IMG/VR virus record: IMGVR_UViG_3300042317_000620
Coordinates: 1-64,000 of that record
Direction: 5' to 3' (one strand)
DNA length: 64,000 nucleotides
Source: a virus
Lineage: Duplodnaviria; Caudoviricetes
The stretch's first letter is position 1. Every line of letters begins with the position of its first letter. Below, piece after piece: positions 53,567 to 64,000 of this stretch. The position numbers were made by a program, and so were the translations under genes. A model generated the notes under the pieces. It was given only the letters and a program-made list of their open reading frames with translations. It was not told the origin of the DNA and made no database searches.

Positions 53567-54693
53567 TATTCAACACCAACAGACATCCTATACTCTATAT
53601 AATTATTTGTGTTTGATGCTTTTAGTATTGGTTGCTCATCAGCATTTTTTACTACTGTATATGCTGTTAATCCATATAGTGGATTTTGAGTTGTTACATT
53701 TTCAATTCTAATTGCATCAAGACCAATATAGTAATTATCGGTCAATGCATTACTTGTAACTGCACAAGCATATATTTTTAAAGATGTTACATCTGCCCAA
53801 GAAAATCCATCTTCTTGTACAACATCTGAAATATTTTTTTCAATAGTATAATATCTATTGCTTGAAAAATCAATGCTTGCGTTTCCTGCATCAACAACAT
53901 TAAAAATTAATCTTGCTTTTTTAGTAGATGTATTGATAAAATCAACAATAATTTTTACGCTATCTGGGCCAGTGTAGGGGGTTGAGAGTGTTAGGGCTGC
54001 AGACTTATTTATAACAGAAAAGGCAATTTTAATTTTATCAGATAGAGAGTTTTGAGATAAGTTAATTGATGTTCCAGTTTTTAAAATATGATATGCCGAT
54101 GATAAATTTGTAGAAGATGTAGCATCTTTAATACTAGAAAAATCTCCAGCCACAAGAATAACATTATTAAAAAACCTACATCTTTCATGATAGTCATTTC
54201 TATTATTTCTATAAAAAATTCTATTATCAGAATTTGCTTGAAAAACATCATAGGCAACATCAATAACATTATCATCACCAGGATCTAATGCAGTAGTTAC
54301 AACAGGTATATTTGCTGTTGATGCAGTTACTGATTGCCAAGCCTCTTCTTGTGAAAATAAAACAATATTTCTGCTATCAAATCCCGCAGCAGATGGATTG
54401 CTTCCAGCAGAATAAATTCCAATTTCAGTAATTTCATATTTTTCCTGGCTAGGAAGTTCTCCTGTAAACACTAACTTATTTACTCCATCTTCATATACAT
54501 AACCACGAGATGAAATCGGTACCCTAAACATTTCAAAGTCTAACGATTCTTTTTGTGCATATGTATTAAAACTGTGTGAGTCTGCAGACCCTAATGGTTG
54601 TGGTCCAGAACCAAAAGCCATGTAGGATGCGAATGCTGGGGCAGTGCCTAAAAGGTACTTTGCCACAATTTCTTTGCCAGTATTAGTTATCAA
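53566..54693 (-). CDS. Putative baseplate/tail-fibre attachment protein
   Basis: MITNTGKEIVAKYL..YMAFGSG..EMFRVPI..ITEIGIYS resembles tail-fibre N-terminal domains. Confidence 0.65.
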   Translation of the reverse strand: MITNTGKEIVAKYLLGTAPAFASYMAFGSGPQPLGSADSHSFNTYAQKESLDFEMFRVPISSRGYVYEDGVNKLVFTGELPSQEKYEITEIGIYSAGSNPSAAGFDSRNIVLFSQEEAWQSVTASTANIPVVTTALDPGDDNVIDVAYDVFQANSDNRIFYRNNRNDYHERCRFFNNVILVAGDFSSIKDATSSTNLSSAYHILKTGTSINLSQNSLSDKIKIAFSVINKSAALTLSTPYTGPDSVKIIVDFINTSTKKARLIFNVVDAGNASIDFSSNRYYTIEKNISDVVQEDGFSWADVTSLKIYACAVTSNALTDNYYIGLDAIRIENVTTQNPLYGLTAYTVVKNADEQPILKASNTNNYIEYRMSVGVE

Positions 54694-54695
54694 GA

Positions 54696-55244
54696 CTAAT
54701 CAACCCCTAATGTATCATTATATATTGTACCACCTGAAATGATTTCAATTTGAATTCTTTCATCAGAAGCATTGTCTTTTGTTTCTATAATTAAGTCTCC
54801 ATTTGCATCTATATATACATTAGTTCCATTTGTGCTAGAATCTGTTGGAACATCTGGTATTCTAGTGAGAAGGTTAATAGCAAAATTGAAAAAATACACA
54901 TCTGAAGTATCCTGAAGGGCTATAATCTTTTTTGGATCATAGGTGTTTTTAAAATTTGCAATATTTGCAATAGGCTGATAATCTATATTTTTAGTATTAA
55001 CAAAATTTTTATTACTTAATATTAAAAGTTCGTGTCCAGCAATTTGTTCAAACAACAAATTTACAATTTCTCCCTCTCCTATAGGATTTATAACGTTTTC
55101 ATCAAAACCAACATATTGGGGAGTTGCTATTTTAATAGAGGCTTTTGTCACTAAACTAGATGACTTTTGATCTATTTGTGGAACTGGTGGTGTTGCTGGT
55201 TTATCTTTGGTCATTTCTAACCATTCTTCTTCCCAAGTACCCAT
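54696..55244 (-). CDS. Putative tail protein
   Basis: Tail-module context; GAGG SD before ATG 55244. Confidence 0.6.
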   Translation of the reverse strand: MGTWEEEWLEMTKDKPATPPVPQIDQKSSSLVTKASIKIATPQYVGFDENVINPIGEGEIVNLLFEQIAGHELLILSNKNFVNTKNIDYQPIANIANFKNTYDPKKIIALQDTSDVYFFNFAINLLTRIPDVPTDSSTNGTNVYIDANGDLIIETKDNASDERIQIEIISGGTIYNDTLGVD

Positions 55245-55245
55245 A

Positions 55246-58200
55246 TTACACCTCACTCAAATAAACTGTCATAGATGGTCCACTATCATTTCTATCGTAT
55301 TGAATATTATAAACGATAAATCTTGTATTTGTTGTTGCTACCATATCAATATCATCATTGTTTTTATAATCAATAGTAACAATATCTCCTAACTGAACTA
55401 TTGGAGTTGCAAACATTTCAATCCCTACTGATTTTTTAGGTTGCATTAGTTTATTAATTATCCACCCCATTAAATTTTCAGCATCGTCAGATGTTTGAAT
55501 ATAATCACTTTCAATAGAAAAATCATTTTTTCCATAAATAATTCTGCTATTTTTAATGGTATTATATTTTTGTTCTTCAGTAACAGGTGAATATACAATA
55601 GCATTTCCTTTAAGTTCTTGATCTGAAAAACTTGAAGTTTTCTTAAAATAATCATCAACAGTTAATGTATTAGTATTATCTTGTGTAAATGCAATACCTA
55701 GAATATTTAAAAAATTAAAAGATGTAGTTCCTAGGTCTAATAAAGAATCTGTTGAATTAAAAATTAAAAACTCTGCGCCATAAGCATTTGATTGATAATT
55801 TGAAATAGTAAAATCTTTTACTCTGTCTTGTGGTTTTAATATCTGTGAAGATAGTGCTGGATATGCATTATCAAATCTAACATTTAAATATGCACACTCT
55901 CTCATAATAGTTCCAAACTCATCATAAAAAATTTTATAATTTGGATTATTCCCAGGGCCAACACCAGATAAATATGTATCTTGTAAAACACCGCTTAGTG
56001 CATATTTTCTTAATGAGTCCTTAATATTAATTGAGTTACCACTAAATACTTTACTAATTGGCTCAGTTATAGCAGTTGCTCCATTAGTAGAATAGTTTGG
56101 TCCCATGGCAAGTAGATGTTCAAACATACACTTTGATCCGCCACGAGTAAATAGTGCCGTATTATAATTTTTAGGAAGTGGGTCTTTGTCATCAACCGTA
56201 GCAATTAAAACATTGTTTATATACAAATAAAATCTTCTGCTATTTTGACCCAAAAGATTATCTACATACTCTACCGCTAAATCATAAACTGTTGTGTATT
56301 TGTCTTCAAACTTTTTAGAAATACCAACAAAGTTTCCAGAGTCAGATAAAATATCTCCGTTGCCACTCCACAAAAGTTCTGGTATTGCTTTAGTAGAATC
56401 TGAATCTTTTTTAATCTTATAAAATATAATATCTGGTTGCTCTTCAGTTCCACCATCTAAAGAAATAATTTCAAAATAATAACCATTGTTATTTGCTGCA
56501 TTAACCAATACACCAAGTCCTCCAGAATTACCAGATAGTTTAATTGGTTGGTTTGGAGAACTTGTTGGTATTTGATAATATATTGATCCATCTAGTGGTG
56601 TAAGTGTTTTATACGAATCATTATTTTCGTCTTGAATTTCTCCAACAGATGCACCAATAATTCTAATTCTTGTACCAAAATAATTATATCGATCTTGAAA
56701 ACTTTTAGTAATAAGCGTAATAAAATTTGTTGCATTTGGATCAGTACTTGTAAAGTTTGGACCTTTTAATACAAGTGCTGACGATTGTATAACTCCTTTA
56801 TGTTTTTGTGGATTAATAATATTAGTTGTTGATATTTCATTTTCTGTTAAATTAGATTTGCCCAAATACTTTTTAACAACACTGTTGGCTGTAGATTTTT
56901 TAGCCAAATCATTATCTACACCAGCAGGGCCAGTTGTTGTGCTTCCAGCAAAAGTACTTCCTCCAAAAAGATACTGTGATTCCATAACACAGCCTTTTCT
57001 GTTATCATAACTTAACCATTCTTGTAAAAGTCCAGCAGTGTGATAGGCAATTTGTGTTCCAAACTGAGCCCTTCCACTTGATATTACTGCACCTTCTTTC
57101 ATTCTACTAGTTCCAGCAATAAGTTCATAATATGGCTCAGAGTATATTCTTACCCTACCAGTATGATATATTTTTCCATTGAATGGCATATTTGATAAAT
57201 AATATTTATATTCAGCATCATTACTAATCCAAACATTTCCAATTCCTGCGACATTATACTCAACAGCATCATATTTTATAACTTCACCATTTGCATAAAA
57301 ATAACCTTGATATCTAACTAACAAATATGCACTTTCGCCAAAATCAACAACATTATTTTGAATAACTCCACCTTGAACGGTAGGTGGTAAATTGCTAAGA
57401 TCTTTATTTAAAACAAGCGCAGCAAGACTATATCCTCCAGAACTATTGCCAATCTTTGATTCTTGTGTATCTTGTATTTGCCATAACAAAGATGGTTTGT
57501 ATATCCAAGATTTGTCTTCAGAACTAATACTTGTTTCTTGTCCTAATTGACTATACATCTTATCGATGTATCTTGTTTTATAAGTAATCTTTCCATCATT
57601 ATATATTTTTTTATCTTGAGATGCCACACTAATAATATTGGCAAGTTTTTTTCCGTCAATAATTTTGTTTTGAATAATATTGACAGTGTCAGTTACTTTT
57701 GAACCTATTAGTTCATAATTAATAGGTCTTTGCGATGCGCTTGGCATTAAATATTCTTTGCTCATAACTATAAAATTATTATATTCATCAAAAAACATTG
57801 CCGTCTGTGTTGATATTGCTAAATCATTTAATATTTCCGCTAAATTTTTATCTGGACTAACAAAAAAATATGGAATAACTGGATCAATATCGTTAACATT
57901 TCTTTTATAAATATAATTGCTAAATCCAACATAATCAAGTAATAGTGCTACAGCATAACTTAGTGAAACATTTGTAATAAATAATTCTGGTGCTGGCATT
58001 GACTCAAAATAAAAATATAAATCTCTTAATTCAATAGAAATTGTTCCACCTGTTATGTCTGCTTGAGGAAAACCTTCTGAGTATAAAGTTTTTATTGGAA
58101 CTAAATAGTCATATCCAGAAACATTAATAACATTTTCATAAAAAGTAAATTTAACATTTTTTCTAATATAGTCTGAAATCAAACTATTTGAGTTTTCATT

Positions 58201-59592
58201 AAAAGACTGATCTTCATCAAAAATATTTATTGTTCCAGTTGATGCAAGCAATTGTCCAATAGGTAGTGCGCCTGAGCCAAGATCTCCTAAAGATTTTGTA
58301 ACATTATAAGAAACAACTCTGTCAGAAATGTCCACATTAAGTCGTGGAGAAAACTCAATAAGGTCAAATGTTGAATTAAATTTATTCATAGAGTCAACAA
58401 TAATTCTAACACCACGAATATAATCAAACTCTCTATATCTAGTTTGATTAGTTGTTGCTTCTAAATATGAAGATGGATTAACCAAGTTAGTTACAAAATG
58501 TTTTGTTTGATCTAATGATTCATCAGTCAAGAACCATGTATACTCTGGAACAAATTGACTGTACTCATTGTCTAAATTATTCCAAATGTAGTATGTACCT
58601 TTATCGGAACTACTAGTTATAACTAAATATGCATACCCATCTACTGCATCTTTTGGAAGCAAGGTTGTTGATGATAAAATTTCAGCATGAATAAAACGAG
58701 ATTTATATTGATCTGGAACTTTTAATCCGTAGGATAATTCTACGTACCCATCATCTGGAACAATTGGAGATCCGTCTGGTCTTGTTGATGAAAAGTTAAA
58801 ATCTTGAACAGTTACCCATTGATTTCCTTTTAATACTTGAATCTTCCATATAGTTGGAGTTGTTTTATTTACCATACCATAAAAAGGATCTGATAAAGTA
58901 CTAATTGTAGATTTATACGGACCTAAATCAACACCACCAACATTGGTCTGCATTTTAATAATAACTCTATTAGATGGAACATTATTTTTATAAACAACAA
59001 ATGGGGCTGCATCATCTAAATAATATGATTGTCCTATAAGTCTATTTGCTATACCTCGTTCTGTTGTATTAGCAGAAGAAGTAGATTCTTTTTCGGTTCT
59101 ATAAGAAGTCCAGTATTTAAATTCATCATTTCTATCTGGCATATAATATCTTGGCCTTTGTGTAAAAAAAGAACCTTGATCATTTAATGCATCAGTAGTA
59201 AGCGAAGGGACATATCTGCCTGGAATATAAGATGTTTTGTTGATTCCTGATCTTGGTCTAAATGGCTTAATACAATCTTCTAAAGAATAATATAGTTTAA
59301 GTTGTTCTTTTGTTGCGGTATAAAATATTGGGTTGTCATCATCATCTACCCCACCATCTACTACAACATCAGCATCTGTTGCACCAGTATAAAATTGTCC
59401 GACATCATTTGCATCAAATGTTGACTGAATTGTTAAATATCTAGTATCACTACTTTGTGGGCGATATCTATAGTTGCCTAACTTAAAAATATTATCTGGC
59501 ATATTCATATTCCACTCAGCAACTATTTTTGATTTTGACTGAATAGTTGGTGAATTTTGAAAATGATTTTTTAGCGCTGTATTATTAAACAT
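55246..59592 (-). CDS. Large tail tip/hub protein
   Basis: 1448-aa beta-rich ORF two genes after the tape measure; FFDEYNNF and QLGDIVTI hub-like motifs. Confidence 0.7.
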   Translation of the reverse strand: MFNNTALKNHFQNSPTIQSKSKIVAEWNMNMPDNIFKLGNYRYRPQSSDTRYLTIQSTFDANDVGQFYTGATDADVVVDGGVDDDDNPIFYTATKEQLKLYYSLEDCIKPFRPRSGINKTSYIPGRYVPSLTTDALNDQGSFFTQRPRYYMPDRNDEFKYWTSYRTEKESTSSANTTERGIANRLIGQSYYLDDAAPFVVYKNNVPSNRVIIKMQTNVGGVDLGPYKSTISTLSDPFYGMVNKTTPTIWKIQVLKGNQWVTVQDFNFSSTRPDGSPIVPDDGYVELSYGLKVPDQYKSRFIHAEILSSTTLLPKDAVDGYAYLVITSSSDKGTYYIWNNLDNEYSQFVPEYTWFLTDESLDQTKHFVTNLVNPSSYLEATTNQTRYREFDYIRGVRIIVDSMNKFNSTFDLIEFSPRLNVDISDRVVSYNVTKSLGDLGSGALPIGQLLASTGTINIFDEDQSFNENSNSLISDYIRKNVKFTFYENVINVSGYDYLVPIKTLYSEGFPQADITGGTISIELRDLYFYFESMPAPELFITNVSLSYAVALLLDYVGFSNYIYKRNVNDIDPVIPYFFVSPDKNLAEILNDLAISTQTAMFFDEYNNFIVMSKEYLMPSASQRPINYELIGSKVTDTVNIIQNKIIDGKKLANIISVASQDKKIYNDGKITYKTRYIDKMYSQLGQETSISSEDKSWIYKPSLLWQIQDTQESKIGNSSGGYSLAALVLNKDLSNLPPTVQGGVIQNNVVDFGESAYLLVRYQGYFYANGEVIKYDAVEYNVAGIGNVWISNDAEYKYYLSNMPFNGKIYHTGRVRIYSEPYYELIAGTSRMKEGAVISSGRAQFGTQIAYHTAGLLQEWLSYDNRKGCVMESQYLFGGSTFAGSTTTGPAGVDNDLAKKSTANSVVKKYLGKSNLTENEISTTNIINPQKHKGVIQSSALVLKGPNFTSTDPNATNFITLITKSFQDRYNYFGTRIRIIGASVGEIQDENNDSYKTLTPLDGSIYYQIPTSSPNQPIKLSGNSGGLGVLVNAANNNGYYFEIISLDGGTEEQPDIIFYKIKKDSDSTKAIPELLWSGNGDILSDSGNFVGISKKFEDKYTTVYDLAVEYVDNLLGQNSRRFYLYINNVLIATVDDKDPLPKNYNTALFTRGGSKCMFEHLLAMGPNYSTNGATAITEPISKVFSGNSINIKDSLRKYALSGVLQDTYLSGVGPGNNPNYKIFYDEFGTIMRECAYLNVRFDNAYPALSSQILKPQDRVKDFTISNYQSNAYGAEFLIFNSTDSLLDLGTTSFNFLNILGIAFTQDNTNTLTVDDYFKKTSSFSDQELKGNAIVYSPVTEEQKYNTIKNSRIIYGKNDFSIESDYIQTSDDAENLMGWIINKLMQPKKSVGIEMFATPIVQLGDIVTIDYKNNDDIDMVATTNTRFIVYNIQYDRNDSGPSMTVYLSEV

Positions 59593-60227
59593 TACACTTC
59601 TTCCAAAGTAACAGAAATGTTCCAGAGATCGTGGTTGGTCCTACCTCTTTTTACAACATCATAACTAAAGTCTGCAATATACACCTGCACAATTTCACTA
59701 TAACTTGTTAAGTGTAAGAATGCTGAATCATCTGATCCAAAATTTTTATAATTATCATATGATAAAAACATCCAAAATGGACCTTGGTGGTTTTCATACC
59801 AATCAAGAAGTTCAACTCCTCCTGCGCCACCGTCTGCTGTATACTCATTCTGTCCAGTAAGATCAGACTTACCCGTTGAATTAAAATCTGCAACCCTCAA
59901 ATATGCTCTTGATGGCAAATTGTCCCAAGACATAGATATAGTCATTTTGTCTGCAATATGATGAGATCTCATATTTCCATTAATCATTCTTTGTCGTTGT
60001 TCTATTCTTGTTGGCTTAAATTGTATTGATGATCTATTATGATCTGATAAAATTAAAAATTGATTTGCTGGTTGAGCAGTAGTTGCTAATGATGAATCAG
60101 CACCTATTTCTTGTCCGATAGGAATATAAATACCAGTTGTATCTAATGTGCCAGAATTTTCTGACCAAATTATAGCCTGTGGCCTAGCATGTCTTTTTCT
60201 ACCTAAAATATATGATGCTGTTGCCAT
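59592..60227 (-). CDS. Distal-tail-like protein
   Basis: Immediately downstream of the tape measure; RMINGNMR, WNISVTLEEV. Confidence 0.6.
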   Translation of the reverse strand: MATASYILGRKRHARPQAIIWSENSGTLDTTGIYIPIGQEIGADSSLATTAQPANQFLILSDHNRSSIQFKPTRIEQRQRMINGNMRSHHIADKMTISMSWDNLPSRAYLRVADFNSTGKSDLTGQNEYTADGGAGGVELLDWYENHQGPFWMFLSYDNYKNFGSDDSAFLHLTSYSEIVQVYIADFSYDVVKRGRTNHDLWNISVTLEEV

Positions 60228-63200
60228 TATCTATTACCCCTAATTCTTTGTGAATCAATTTGTTTAATTTGATTAATAACAGTTCTTGCAATATCATTTG
60301 GATTTGCATTGCTATTTGATACATTGACGCTTAGACTATAATTATACACTGAGTTACCTGGAAGTTCTCCATTATTAATATTATTCATTACCCCTGTGCC
60401 AAGCATATCAACTGCTCTTTTTTGTATTACAAATTCTCCAGGAGTTAGCATTGCTGGAATAGTGTCTGTTCCTTTACCATATCCCCCTGCTGCAAAATAT
60501 TTTGGAACAATTCCACCCATATTCATATATTTAGGAACCATACCGCCCGTAGACCTATACATTGCCGTCCATGCTCCCGTTGCTCTACTTGCTGCTAAAT
60601 TTAATGGAGATGTAATATTTGCTTTGGCAGTTGCTTTTGCAGACTCTGCTTTTTTATCTGCTGCTTGTGCATCTCTATTTAGCGTTGGGTTAGATACCCC
60701 TGCTCCCTCTATTGCTCTAATGCTTGGTTTATTAATTTGAGAAGCAATAGATATACTTGAAAACTTTTTATCTGCTGCTTGTGCATCTCTATTTAGCGTT
60801 GCTTGCTGTGCTGCAACTCCAGTATATATTTCAAACATTGTATTGCTTAACTTTTTATCATTTATTCTACTTTCATTATTTGCGTCTGCTACCTTTTTTG
60901 CAATAATTGCTGTTGATGCTACTCTATCCGCCAGTCTTCCTGCGTCATTTGCTGCAGCAATTGCTTGTGGTACCGTTAAAGATTTTTTATCTGCTATTGC
61001 ATTGTCTCTTGCTTCTATGGCTTTTGGCTCTGCAATTGCGTTCCGTTTTGCTTGTTCTATTGCTTCTGGAACAGTAAGAGCAGCCTTATCTTTTATTTGT
61101 TCTTCTCTAGCATTAGAGGCTGCTTTTTCATTTAATATTCTTTGTACATCTGCTACATCTTCTTTTTTGGCTTCAGCCCTTGCATTATTTCCAAGGAATT
61201 GCATTGTACTTGAATAAATACCCATCATTTCTGCTACCAGAGGACTCATCCTACCAACTGCATCAGATGCGTTTGCTGAAGATCGTTCAGCATTTTTAGA
61301 AGCAGTAAGTTGATCAATATTTCTTTGTCTTTGTTCTTCTGCTAATTGTTCTTGACGTTCTACCCAAGCAACTGTTTCCCTTACAACATCAGAAGATGGC
61401 CTTACGTTAATATCAATACCTGATCCACTTACCGTTGTTGGTTTTGTTGTATCTCCGTTTCTTACATTTATTCCTGTTGGCGTAGTTACAACCTTTTTTT
61501 CTCCTTGTCTTACAGTTTCTGGTTTTTTTGTAGTAGGTTTTTTTGTAGTAGGTTTTTTTGTAGTAGGTTTTTTACCATCTGTAATTTTTGAAGAATTAGA
61601 CGCTTTCTTTTTAGATGTTTTCTTTTTAGAAGGTTTAGATGAAGAACTTACTGGGGTAAAATTAAATCCAAGTCCTCTATTAAACATCCAGTCATCTGCA
61701 ATAGCACCAGACTCTGATGTGCTGTCGCTTTGTTCAGATTTAGCAGATATAGATCCTACTGTAATTTTTTCTGTTAATGTTTTTAATGCTGCGGTATTAT
61801 CAGTTGTAGCAGTCGTATTTATTCCTATTGGTGTTAGATCTGTTTCGTTTCCAGAAGGCTTTACTATTGGATTACCATTTTCATCATAGTTCATTGCAAC
61901 GCCTGCTACTTTAGCACCAAATAAATCTTTTATTCGTTCATTAATAACACCTGCTACAGATGACAAAAGTGCTTGAGGTTTTCCAGCAACGGCATCTTTA
62001 ATTGCTGATAGTAGACTTTGGCTGTCAAGTTTAAATCCACCAATTTCTTGAATTTTTGTAGCAATATCGTTATACGCCTTAAGTTCTTCTGGAGTTCTTT
62101 TAAGTGCTTTTGTAAACTCTTGAGCATATGCAATTTGTTTTTTAACAATATCTAAATTAATTTTAGCAAGGTCTGCAGCACTCTTAGCATTTTCTTCTTC
62201 AATTTGTTTTCTTGTTTTACCATCAGCAGTGATACTTTCAAGAGTTTTCTTTCTTGCCTCTTCAATACTCTTTCGTTTTGCTTCAAGTTGTGCCTGAATT
62301 TCTTGTTGTCTTACTGACTGAATTGCTCTTGCAGCAGCAGCCATATCTCCACGAGCAAGCGCTTCAGCAATGCTAAATCTTCCTTCTTGCAAGCGATTAA
62401 TCTCTTCATTGCGTTTTACAATTTCATCTAATGCTTGAATTTGTTTATCATAAACTTTATTGGCAAGTTCTTCTTCATAGTTTATAAGTTCTAATGCATA
62501 ACCATTTCTTTTAGCAGCAATTTCTATTTCTGTTTTTTGTACAATAAATTGATTTTCTGCAATTGCATTTTGTAATTCAAGAAATTCCAACATTTGTTCA
62601 TTTGCCGTTTGTTGACTTACAATTGCATCTTGTTGTTTAGTCAATACAACTTTATTATAATATTCTTCAAGATCGTTACGCTTTTGTTGTGATTCAACCA
62701 ATTCCTCAAGCGCTTTACCCTTTAGTCTGCCATTTCTAATTTCAAGAGCAATTGAGTCACTTTCTGTAATAGCCATTGCTGTAGCATAATCAATGCCTTG
62801 TTTCCTAAGTTTATTTACTGCAGCAGTTCTATTTTCTAGTTTTTGCATTTCTTTTGCATTGTTAGCAACTATTTCTCCTGCAGCAATTGAGGCAAGTGCT
62901 TTATTAATCTGTTCAGCACCTGCTTTAATACCATTTTTAAACTTAACAACACCTTTTTCAATTTCTAAACCAAATTTACCAAACTTCTTTTGTATTTCTT
63001 CTGGACTTAAGCCCTCTATCATATCTATAAATTCTGTACTAAGTTTTTTGGTAGCAACCAATTGATTTGTTATGCCATTAAATGTCATGTAGGCTCCGCC
63101 TTTTTTGCCACCTAAATCCATAACTCTTTTTAGTTCTTTAAATCCCTTTAATGAATTAACTGATGCTTGCTGAAAAAGTTTTAATTTTTTATTCATATCA

Positions 63201-64000
63201 TCAAATGTTGTATCTCTTCCATCGCCTTTTTTCTTTGGTGGTGGTGTACTACCGCTTGGTTTTGGAAGAATGCCAGTCTTACCATATATAGGCTTTACTT
63301 GACCAACAGTTGTTGCAACCTTGCCAACATCGCCTCTAATTTTTTGTTGAACAGATTCTGGAAGTATACTTCCTCCAGCCTTTGCAATTGCAGCATCTTC
63401 TGCTGCTTTCTCTTCTTCTGGCGTTATTGTTTTATAAATTTGAATGAATGACTGAATAGCAGTTTTTTGTTGTTCTTTTGGTAACTTACTTATATAGTCC
63501 CAAAAAGCCATTAATTCTTTTTGTTCTCCAGCCTGGATATCTAAGCCTTCTGTTAAAATATTCATTATGGCATTTTTTTCAATTGGGTCTGGTAAATTTT
63601 CAATTTTATTAGAAAGTTCAATTATTTGATCTAACTTCTCTAAACTTCCATTATCATCAATAATCATTGAGGCTTTGAGTTCTTTGCCCTGAAGTTTAAA
63701 TAATGCTGCAAGGGTTGCTGCTCTATCTTCAAATTTTCCAGAACCCTTTTTAGATGTAATTTCAGTAAATATTTTTGCGCCAATTTCAGGATTTTTTTCT
63801 CCAAATAATGTATACAATACGTTAGAAACTTCAGAAACTTGGCCTGCGTCATTAATTTCAAATGCTGTAGATACTGTCTTAAGCATTTTTTCTTTATCAC
63901 TACCAAACATTTCTAGTAAATTAGTTGCAGCACCTACTTCAAGTGCGCCACCTCCAACAAGTGTGTCAATTATTACCTCTAGCCTTTGTGCTTTTACTCT
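60227..64000 (-). CDS. Tape measure protein (5' part outside window)
   Basis: Frame open to the window edge; long helical region; C-terminal GG..GTDTIPAMLTPGEFVI. Confidence 0.85.
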   Translation of the reverse strand, partial: RVKAQRLEVIIDTLVGGGALEVGAATNLLEMFGSDKEKMLKTVSTAFEINDAGQVSEVSNVLYTLFGEKNPEIGAKIFTEITSKKGSGKFEDRAATLAALFKLQGKELKASMIIDDNGSLEKLDQIIELSNKIENLPDPIEKNAIMNILTEGLDIQAGEQKELMAFWDYISKLPKEQQKTAIQSFIQIYKTITPEEEKAAEDAAIAKAGGSILPESVQQKIRGDVGKVATTVGQVKPIYGKTGILPKPSGSTPPPKKKGDGRDTTFDDMNKKLKLFQQASVNSLKGFKELKRVMDLGGKKGGAYMTFNGITNQLVATKKLSTEFIDMIEGLSPEEIQKKFGKFGLEIEKGVVKFKNGIKAGAEQINKALASIAAGEIVANNAKEMQKLENRTAAVNKLRKQGIDYATAMAITESDSIALEIRNGRLKGKALEELVESQQKRNDLEEYYNKVVLTKQQDAIVSQQTANEQMLEFLELQNAIAENQFIVQKTEIEIAAKRNGYALELINYEEELANKVYDKQIQALDEIVKRNEEINRLQEGRFSIAEALARGDMAAAARAIQSVRQQEIQAQLEAKRKSIEEARKKTLESITADGKTRKQIEEENAKSAADLAKINLDIVKKQIAYAQEFTKALKRTPEELKAYNDIATKIQEIGGFKLDSQSLLSAIKDAVAGKPQALLSSVAGVINERIKDLFGAKVAGVAMNYDENGNPIVKPSGNETDLTPIGINTTATTDNTAALKTLTEKITVGSISAKSEQSDSTSESGAIADDWMFNRGLGFNFTPVSSSSKPSKKKTSKKKASNSSKITDGKKPTTKKPTTKKPTTKKPETVRQGEKKVVTTPTGINVRNGDTTKPTTVSGSGIDINVRPSSDVVRETVAWVERQEQLAEEQRQRNIDQLTASKNAERSSANASDAVGRMSPLVAEMMGIYSSTMQFLGNNARAEAKKEDVADVQRILNEKAASNAREEQIKDKAALTVPEAIEQAKRNAIAEPKAIEARDNAIADKKSLTVPQAIAAANDAGRLADRVASTAIIAKKVADANNESRINDKKLSNTMFEIYTGVAAQQATLNRDAQAADKKFSSISIASQINKPSIRAIEGAGVSNPTLNRDAQAADKKAESAKATAKANITSPLNLAASRATGAWTAMYRSTGGMVPKYMNMGGIVPKYFAAGGYGKGTDTIPAMLTPGEFVIQKRAVDMLGTGVMNNINNGELPGNSVYNYSLSVNVSNSNANPNDIARTVINQIKQIDSQRIRGNR
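60651..60801. repeat. 37-bp perfect direct repeat (TLNRDAQAADKK twice) in the tape measure gene
   Basis: tttttatctgctgcttgtgcatctctatttagcgttg at 60651-60687 and 60765-60801. Confidence 0.9.
61521..61573. repeat. 15-nt tandem repeat x3.5 (KKPTT) in the tape measure gene
   Basis: ggtttttttgtagta at 61521, 61536 and 61551, then a partial copy. Confidence 0.9.

Noticed and set aside
1-64000. Stop-codon reassignment
   Set aside because: Long conserved genes are intact in the standard code, TAA/TAG/TGA all end genes at sensible positions, and no suppressor tRNA was seen.
1-64000. Prophage or cellular chromosome origin
   Set aside because: No integrase, att junction, rRNA or housekeeping operons are visible; host-like genes are interspersed with terminase and tail genes at phage-like density.

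Overview
64 kb segment of a large, AT-rich tailed dsDNA phage genome. Most genes lie on the minus strand, and the window starts and ends inside ORFs. An actinobacterial host, plausibly a freshwater lineage, is inferred from WhiB, an MSMEG_6728-like glycosylase, a FmdB-type zinc ribbon, a DnaE-type replicase and about 12 genes with leaderless promoter geometry. From right to left: tail module (tape measure and tail proteins, 52.6-64 kb); replication/recombination module (DnaB, primase, SSB, DnaE, RecA, Cas4-like and RuvC-like nucleases, 37.7-52.5 kb); terminase; then about 34 kb of accessory genes. These include PstS between 34-bp direct repeats, five tRNAs, Hsp20 with a ROSE-like thermometer, a proteasome-beta-like protease, a CHAP endolysin and three signal-peptide surface-type proteins. 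Across the window there is also a very large tailoring kit: about 7 glycosyl/phosphotransferases, 2 methyltransferases, a carbamoyltransferase, six 2OG-Fe(II) oxygenases and a flavin halogenase. The best candidate for an undescribed system is a prolyl-hydroxylase + GT60-like + carbamoyltransferase protein-glycosylation locus next to phage-encoded cell-surface proteins. Other leads are an unnamed pseudoknotted RNA, an iteron-like repeat field and an AUU-initiated methyltransferase. All family calls come from motif recognition by eye; no searches were run.
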